Positions 59,754-64,000 of a stretch of DNA of 64,000 nt are shown here, piece by piece. Location: the IMG/VR virus record IMGVR_UViG_3300013104_000001, positions 124,001-188,000 of that record. One strand, given 5' to 3'. Each line of letters starts with the position of its first letter. The first letter of the stretch is position 1. Under the pieces are notes generated by a model. The model saw only the letters and a list, made by a program, of their open reading frames with translations. It was not told where the DNA came from and did not search any database. The translations under genes were made by a program, and so were the position numbers.

Positions 59754-60089
59754 ATGATAATGCTACCCAATGTTAGGCTTAACAGTGAGGATGAGCAGTA
59801 CCGGATCTATCTGGAAAACAACTTCGACTATCAAAGCCCTAAGTTGCATTTAGATCATGAAAAAGGACGCAATGAATACCTGATCGGGGATTTGATGCTG
59901 TCTTGTTTTGGCGATCATTTTTATCTGGCGATTAAGAGCAGTCGGCGCAAGACCGTGATTGCATCAGCAAAAGTTTTAGATAACGGTTCTGTCGGCATTT
60001 ATCTAAACCAATGCTTTGCAAACATGCGTAACAAAGCCGTGTTGATTGAAGACTTGCGTAACAGAGTCCGATACCACCTCTACTGTTAA
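59754..60089 (+). CDS. hypothetical protein
   Basis: 111 aa; C-half resembles 61201..61476. Confidence 0.65.
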   Translation: MIMLPNVRLNSEDEQYRIYLENNFDYQSPKLHLDHEKGRNEYLIGDLMLSCFGDHFYLAIKSSRRKTVIASAKVLDNGSVGIYLNQCFANMRNKAVLIEDLRNRVRYHLYC

Positions 60090-60120
60090 TATCTTAACCT
60101 ATCTTATGATTAGATAGATT

Positions 60121-60172
60121 CCTTCGCCTACTAACCTCCTCACGGGGTAAGTAGGTTGAAGGGTCTATGCCG
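60121..60172 (+). terminator. long imperfect hairpin with TATGCCG tail
   Basis: CCTTC-GCCTACT...AGTAGGT-TGAAGG-GTC-TATGCCG. Confidence 0.65.
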
Positions 60173-60202
60173 ACTTGTTTGTAATCAAATAAATTTTATG
60201 TC

Positions 60203-60217
60203 TATATTACGAATGTG
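60203..60217 (+). promoter_or_regulatory. early (vRNAP) promoter
   Basis: TATATTAC-GAAT-GTG with AT-rich upstream. Confidence 0.75.
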
Positions 60218-60274
60218 TAATTGTTGGCCAACAATATATGGCATCATTTTTATGAACCTTAATTAATCGGAGTA

Positions 60275-60799
60275 TTGTGTATGATGCTAGAAGAAACTAT
60301 CCAAGTTAGACCTGTGGCAAAATCACGTGAAGAAACCATGGATCTGCTGGAAGACCTCAACGATCTGAATGAGTGGTTAAGTGAGCACGGCAATCCTGGC
60401 TGTAAACGTCCAGCGCGTTATCCTGCGTTTGCCGTCATGAACGGTAACCGTGCTGCGACTTACGGGTTAATTCAATTCAACAACGACCTGGTACCCGACA
60501 TTCAGATCTGGCGGTTAGTGGCCAACTATCTGCATCGTCGCGCTGTAGACCCTGCTAAGAACCTGCGCATCATCATGAAGGCTGTTGTCATGAATGAACA
60601 CGCTAATCCCAAAGCAGGCAACAAAGTGATGGAGCCTAATCTGGACGTCACTGATTACCTGGTTGATTTGGCATCAGATAAACCAGTGTATGCTTTTAAT
60701 CCATCAGTTCTGGTCAACGCGGTACCGGGCGTCGGCAAGTATGCTAACTTGAAAGTCTGGAACTGGCGTATTGGTTTGGAGATCGCCCCCGTACGGTGA
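60275..60799 (+). CDS. hypothetical protein
   Basis: GGAG RBS; start probably ATG at 60281/60284. Confidence 0.7.
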   Translation: MCMMLEETIQVRPVAKSREETMDLLEDLNDLNEWLSEHGNPGCKRPARYPAFAVMNGNRAATYGLIQFNNDLVPDIQIWRLVANYLHRRAVDPAKNLRIIMKAVVMNEHANPKAGNKVMEPNLDVTDYLVDLASDKPVYAFNPSVLVNAVPGVGKYANLKVWNWRIGLEIAPVR

Positions 60800-60811
60800 T
60801 AAGGTATTACA

Positions 60812-61186
60812 ATGGATCAACTCACTATTACTGATCTCACCGCAGATCAGTTTGCTTCACTTGCAGAAAGTACTTCGCACCGTATTGCGTTAAACTACCC
60901 AACGAAGTGGTTATGTGACAAAGAAGAGGATACGTCATATAGCCACTTGGTTATTTCAACGCGCTACATCGATAAAGAGAACCCATCGGCACGACTTCCC
61001 TTTGCAACCCGGATTCCCATTGAGGAAGGTATTATCCAACGTGTTAATCTACTCTGGTCGCAGGATACGAAGTCCTGTCTTTTAGAAACCCACATCGCGG
61101 GTTGTATCAAATATCAGCATCTTGAGTTACCTGCCCGCAGTAAATACAAGATGGTCTCATTAACTGTACGATTAGATAAGCTTTAA
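60812..61186 (+). CDS. hypothetical protein
   Basis: AAGG RBS. Confidence 0.7.
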   Translation: MDQLTITDLTADQFASLAESTSHRIALNYPTKWLCDKEEDTSYSHLVISTRYIDKENPSARLPFATRIPIEEGIIQRVNLLWSQDTKSCLLETHIAGCIKYQHLELPARSKYKMVSLTVRLDKL

Positions 61187-61200
61187 TAAGGAGCACTTGC

Positions 61201-61476
61201 ATGAAACTTACTTTATGCCAAGCTAATGGATATTCGCTCATCCACGCTGGATACCACAGTCACACCCCGGTCAACAACGTCACCTTGCTGGAAGGCGAAG
61301 TACGCTGGGAATCTAACCGTATGTTCATCGGCGATAAAGAGATCGCTCAAGTGAAATCTAACGGCCATGTGCATCTGAACGCAACCGTGATCCGATCTAA
61401 CCTCGGGTACATCACAACCATCCGCAATCAGATCCGCTTTATGTTCCGCACCAGAAAGCCGGCTACACTGCATTAA
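61201..61476 (+). CDS. hypothetical protein
   Basis: AAGGAG RBS. Confidence 0.7.
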   Translation: MKLTLCQANGYSLIHAGYHSHTPVNNVTLLEGEVRWESNRMFIGDKEIAQVKSNGHVHLNATVIRSNLGYITTIRNQIRFMFRTRKPATLH

Positions 61477-61477
61477 C

Positions 61478-61511
61478 GAGGAGGAGGGATTACCCTCCTC
61501 CTCCTATGCTG
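61478..61511 (+). terminator. hairpin with TATGCTG tail
   Basis: GAGGAGGAGGG-ATTA-CCCTCCTCCTC-C-TATGCTG. Confidence 0.8.
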
Positions 61512-61551
61512 TTCTTTTATTTTTTGTATTTAAATACAGAAGTCCACATGG

Positions 61552-61804
61552 TATGTGAGTCGACCCAGACCACAATAGTAACAATAATCCAAATAAGCTT
61601 ACGAGACTTTGGCGGGGGATGCGGATATAACGGTGCGCACCCCCGTTCTTTTTTGGATAGTTACCCGAATCGGCTGGGCAGATCTAACAGATCCATTCGT
61701 TGCCACGGATGTCCTGCGGTGGTCTGCCAACCTGGCACCCCCCTTCCACCTGGGATCGGTCTTGATCTGTCCGGCCACCTAACTTTTATCAAGAGGGTGT
61801 TACG
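61552..61804 (+). ncRNA. candidate structured 5' leader / ncRNA
   Basis: Long-range pairing CAGACCAC (61566-73) / GTGGTCTG (61719-26) encloses several hairpins; anti-SD-like CACCC before the GAGGGTG RBS. Confidence 0.4.
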
Positions 61805-62137
61805 ATGAGCGACAACAACGAAGATATCAAGGTTACCAAACAACTGAGCGTCTCTGCTGCCGAACATGGCATCAAAGTACAGATCGATACACTGGCGCTG
61901 CGTGATGACGAGCAGTATAGCGATCCTACTAAGTATCAGGTGATCTCAACCGCTGTTGCCGAAACAGATGGCGAGCCCTTTACTGAAGGTCAGTTCAACG
62001 ATTTCCGTCGTTTCAATGACGAAGGCCATCTGCTGTTTGCTTTCTTCCCTGCCAGTGGCATCCTTGAGATCGCTCACGGTTATGAAGAGACCATCGATCT
62101 GACTGTGGTACTTACCCTGCGCGAGCGTCAGCAGTAA
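61805..62137 (+). CDS. hypothetical acidic protein
   Basis: GAGGG RBS; paralogous to the N-half of 62262..62825. Confidence 0.7.
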   Translation: MSDNNEDIKVTKQLSVSAAEHGIKVQIDTLALRDDEQYSDPTKYQVISTAVAETDGEPFTEGQFNDFRRFNDEGHLLFAFFPASGILEIAHGYEETIDLTVVLTLRERQQ

Positions 62138-62259
62138 TGCCGTGCGCTGGTTTAGATGATCGCAACGTCCGCTTTGAAAGGGCCGTTGCTAAACGTGAGA
62201 AGCGTGAAAGGAAGAAAGCTGAATCCTGGGCGCGCCTCGTCGCTCAAAGCAGGAAGTAA
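62137..62259 (+). CDS. 40-aa basic peptide
   Basis: TAATG coupling to the upstream gene; MPCAGLDDRNVRFERAVAKREKRERKKAESWARLVAQSRK fills the gap to the next gene; below the ORF-track cutoff. Confidence 0.55.
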   Translation: MPCAGLDDRNVRFERAVAKREKRERKKAESWARLVAQSRK

Positions 62260-62261
62260 TC

Positions 62262-62825
62262 ATGATTGTTGAGACTACAGTCAAAACAGATTCGTCTAAA
62301 CAACTGCGGTACCCTTTGATCACATTAGCGCTTACTGCGATTACCGAAGAGCAGCGTCAGCAGTATCCTGCTGTGACTTCTAAAGTAGTGCCTGTAATTG
62401 ACGGCGTGCAAAAGAAATTCCAGCCATCTCGGTTTGGCAACAAAAATGTTTTATCACTTTACGAAGATGATAAAATGCTCTTTGCGTATAATACCGAAAC
62501 TGGCATTATTCGTTTCAGTCCTGATTGTCAGAAAAAGGTGATCTTTGAGGTTACCTTGTATCTGTCTAAGCGGGCTAATGTACCAATGACTGAAGAAGAA
62601 CTCGTCAAGGGCGGTGCATACACGCACTATAAAGGCGGATGCTATAAGGTTGTTGGGTTTACGAACCTACATGCAAAAGACAACCCGCAGTTCATCCCGC
62701 AGGTCGTGTATCATTCGATCAGCCCTAATGATCCCGATAACTGGTACTCACGCCCTATGGCGGAGTTCCTGGAAAAGTTCAGGCCGATGACGCCTGAAGA
62801 TGTACTGACCTCAACAGGTCAATAA
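62262..62825 (+). CDS. protein with C-terminal DUF1653 domain
   Basis: GGAYTHYKGGCYKVV...VVYHSI...WYSRPMAEFLEKF. Confidence 0.75.
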   Translation: MIVETTVKTDSSKQLRYPLITLALTAITEEQRQQYPAVTSKVVPVIDGVQKKFQPSRFGNKNVLSLYEDDKMLFAYNTETGIIRFSPDCQKKVIFEVTLYLSKRANVPMTEEELVKGGAYTHYKGGCYKVVGFTNLHAKDNPQFIPQVVYHSISPNDPDNWYSRPMAEFLEKFRPMTPEDVLTSTGQ

Positions 62826-62892
62826 CGGGTATACGTACCCACGGTGTTACGACACCACCCAAACTACTACTATCTACTACTAAGGAAATATC

Positions 62893-63996
62893 ATGACTGT
62901 AATTGTTAAGCTTACCTCCGGCGAAAACAAAGCCGATCAAAATGTCAGCAAAGGGTTTGAACTGATCCCTATCGCTGCAGGTATGCGTGTTGTATTTAGC
63001 CGTGATGAAGAAGGCGATGGCTGGTTGAATGTCCATGGTGATAACGGGCATGGCGAACAGCATGTGATGATGGCTATTCCTGTACTGGGTAATGCCTACG
63101 TCATGGACTCTGGTAAGACCATCGCCAGTTTCTCATCGGCAAACATCCCCGATCCTAAACCAATCGACCCGCTTGATTACTATCGTGGTCAAAGTGACAT
63201 CCAGGAACCAAAGGATGAAGACGGTTTTGTCATTCGTGGTGACGGCGCGGTGCACTTACATGGTGATGTTAAAGTCACGGGCAGTTCCGCTAACCAATCA
63301 CAGGTTGACGAATCATACCCGGATGATATCACCGACCCGCAGGACGAGCGTCTGAAGAAAGCCGATAGTTCGCGCGTAAATGAGACGTATAAGACTATCT
63401 GCATGATTCTCGCTGGCGAACCTTCAATACCGGACAATCGCGAAGAACACATGTTTGTGATGGGTTTAGCTGCTGCCATTGAAAGCTTCCGTGCTATGAA
63501 GACAAAACATCGTCCAACCATTGGATTGTCTTATATCGGTAGCGTAGTGTGTCCTCGTGATAAGCTCGACAAGCTACGTAATCATTTCCGTCTGGTCGAC
63601 TCACCGGTGTCGTTAGACATCAGATCAAATGATGATAATTACATCACCGAATATTCTATCCAGACTTACTACAACCGCAACGATGTAGATGAAGCGGAGA
63701 TGTTGCTGTTGCGTAATCTGCGCAGTAAGCAGACTGGTCTGGTGAAGAACGTGATCGACAAGATCATCAAGTATTTCAAAGCCGGCGTGTCAGTCGTGCC
63801 ATTGGAACCTGCAACGTTGATCACCAATACTCAACGTGAGCAGATCAAACGCGAGCTTTACAAAGTGCTGGGTCGTCATTTCAGCTTTATTCTGGCTGAT
63901 GAAAAGGACACTGGTGAAAACCCAAACTCTGACGAGGTGTTTGGTCCTGAATCGGCGCTGTACACGCATGTGGTAATCAGATTTGACCGCGGTTAG
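62893..63996 (+). CDS. hypothetical multidomain protein
   Basis: AAGGA RBS; N-terminal domain ending GNAYVMDSGKTIASF, then an acidic linker. Confidence 0.75.
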   Translation: MTVIVKLTSGENKADQNVSKGFELIPIAAGMRVVFSRDEEGDGWLNVHGDNGHGEQHVMMAIPVLGNAYVMDSGKTIASFSSANIPDPKPIDPLDYYRGQSDIQEPKDEDGFVIRGDGAVHLHGDVKVTGSSANQSQVDESYPDDITDPQDERLKKADSSRVNETYKTICMILAGEPSIPDNREEHMFVMGLAAAIESFRAMKTKHRPTIGLSYIGSVVCPRDKLDKLRNHFRLVDSPVSLDIRSNDDNYITEYSIQTYYNRNDVDEAEMLLLRNLRSKQTGLVKNVIDKIIKYFKAGVSVVPLEPATLITNTQREQIKRELYKVLGRHFSFILADEKDTGENPNSDEVFGPESALYTHVVIRFDRG

Positions 63997-64000
63997 TATT

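Noticed and set aside
61506-61808. 100-aa ORF across the structured gap
   Set aside because: Its ATG is part of the TATGCTG hairpin tail, the only SD-like purines are locked in the stem, and the composition is atypical. Treated as non-coding, though not excluded.
62826-62892. Small hairpins and CTA repeats before the last gene
   Set aside because: Too short and low in complexity to call; compatible with an ordinary unstructured translation enhancer.
1-64000. tRNA, rRNA, CRISPR array, reverse transcriptase/DGR
   Set aside because: No cloverleaf, repeat-spacer array or RT motif seen by eye; the GGTTCGA matches I noticed fall within CDSs. tRNAscan-SE and Infernal were not run.

Overview
The window is a gene-dense segment of a phiKZ-like jumbo myophage genome (Chimalliviridae-type). 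This assignment comes from gene content and order recalled from phiKZ/SPN3US, not from a database search. Positions 1-53 kb hold the conserved core: RNase H, UvsX, three catalytic subunits of the split virion RNA polymerase plus the gp176-like candidate fifth subunit, a giant gp181-like tail protein (here with a GH19 domain), a modular endolysin, prohead protease, tail tube and sheath, baseplate proteins, large terminase and head proteins carrying G-x-E propeptide motifs. Positions 53-64 kb are an accessory region of small, partly paralogous genes, including an R2K-type ATP-grasp operon. The best candidate for an undescribed system is an ADP-ribose module. A compact operon (SLOG, DarG-like macrodomain, small protein, NADAR-like/SLOG fusion, ASCH) sits between uvsX and a vRNAP subunit, and a separate ART-fold candidate sits just upstream of the prohead protease. 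The non-coding DNA shows three recurrent signals: TATATTAC-N4-GTG early promoters, a GTA-N6-TAC pseudo-palindrome upstream of putative middle genes, and hairpins followed by TATGCYG rather than a U-tract. It also has two ~250-nt structured leader/ncRNA candidates. I saw no tRNA, rRNA, CRISPR array, intron or intein.
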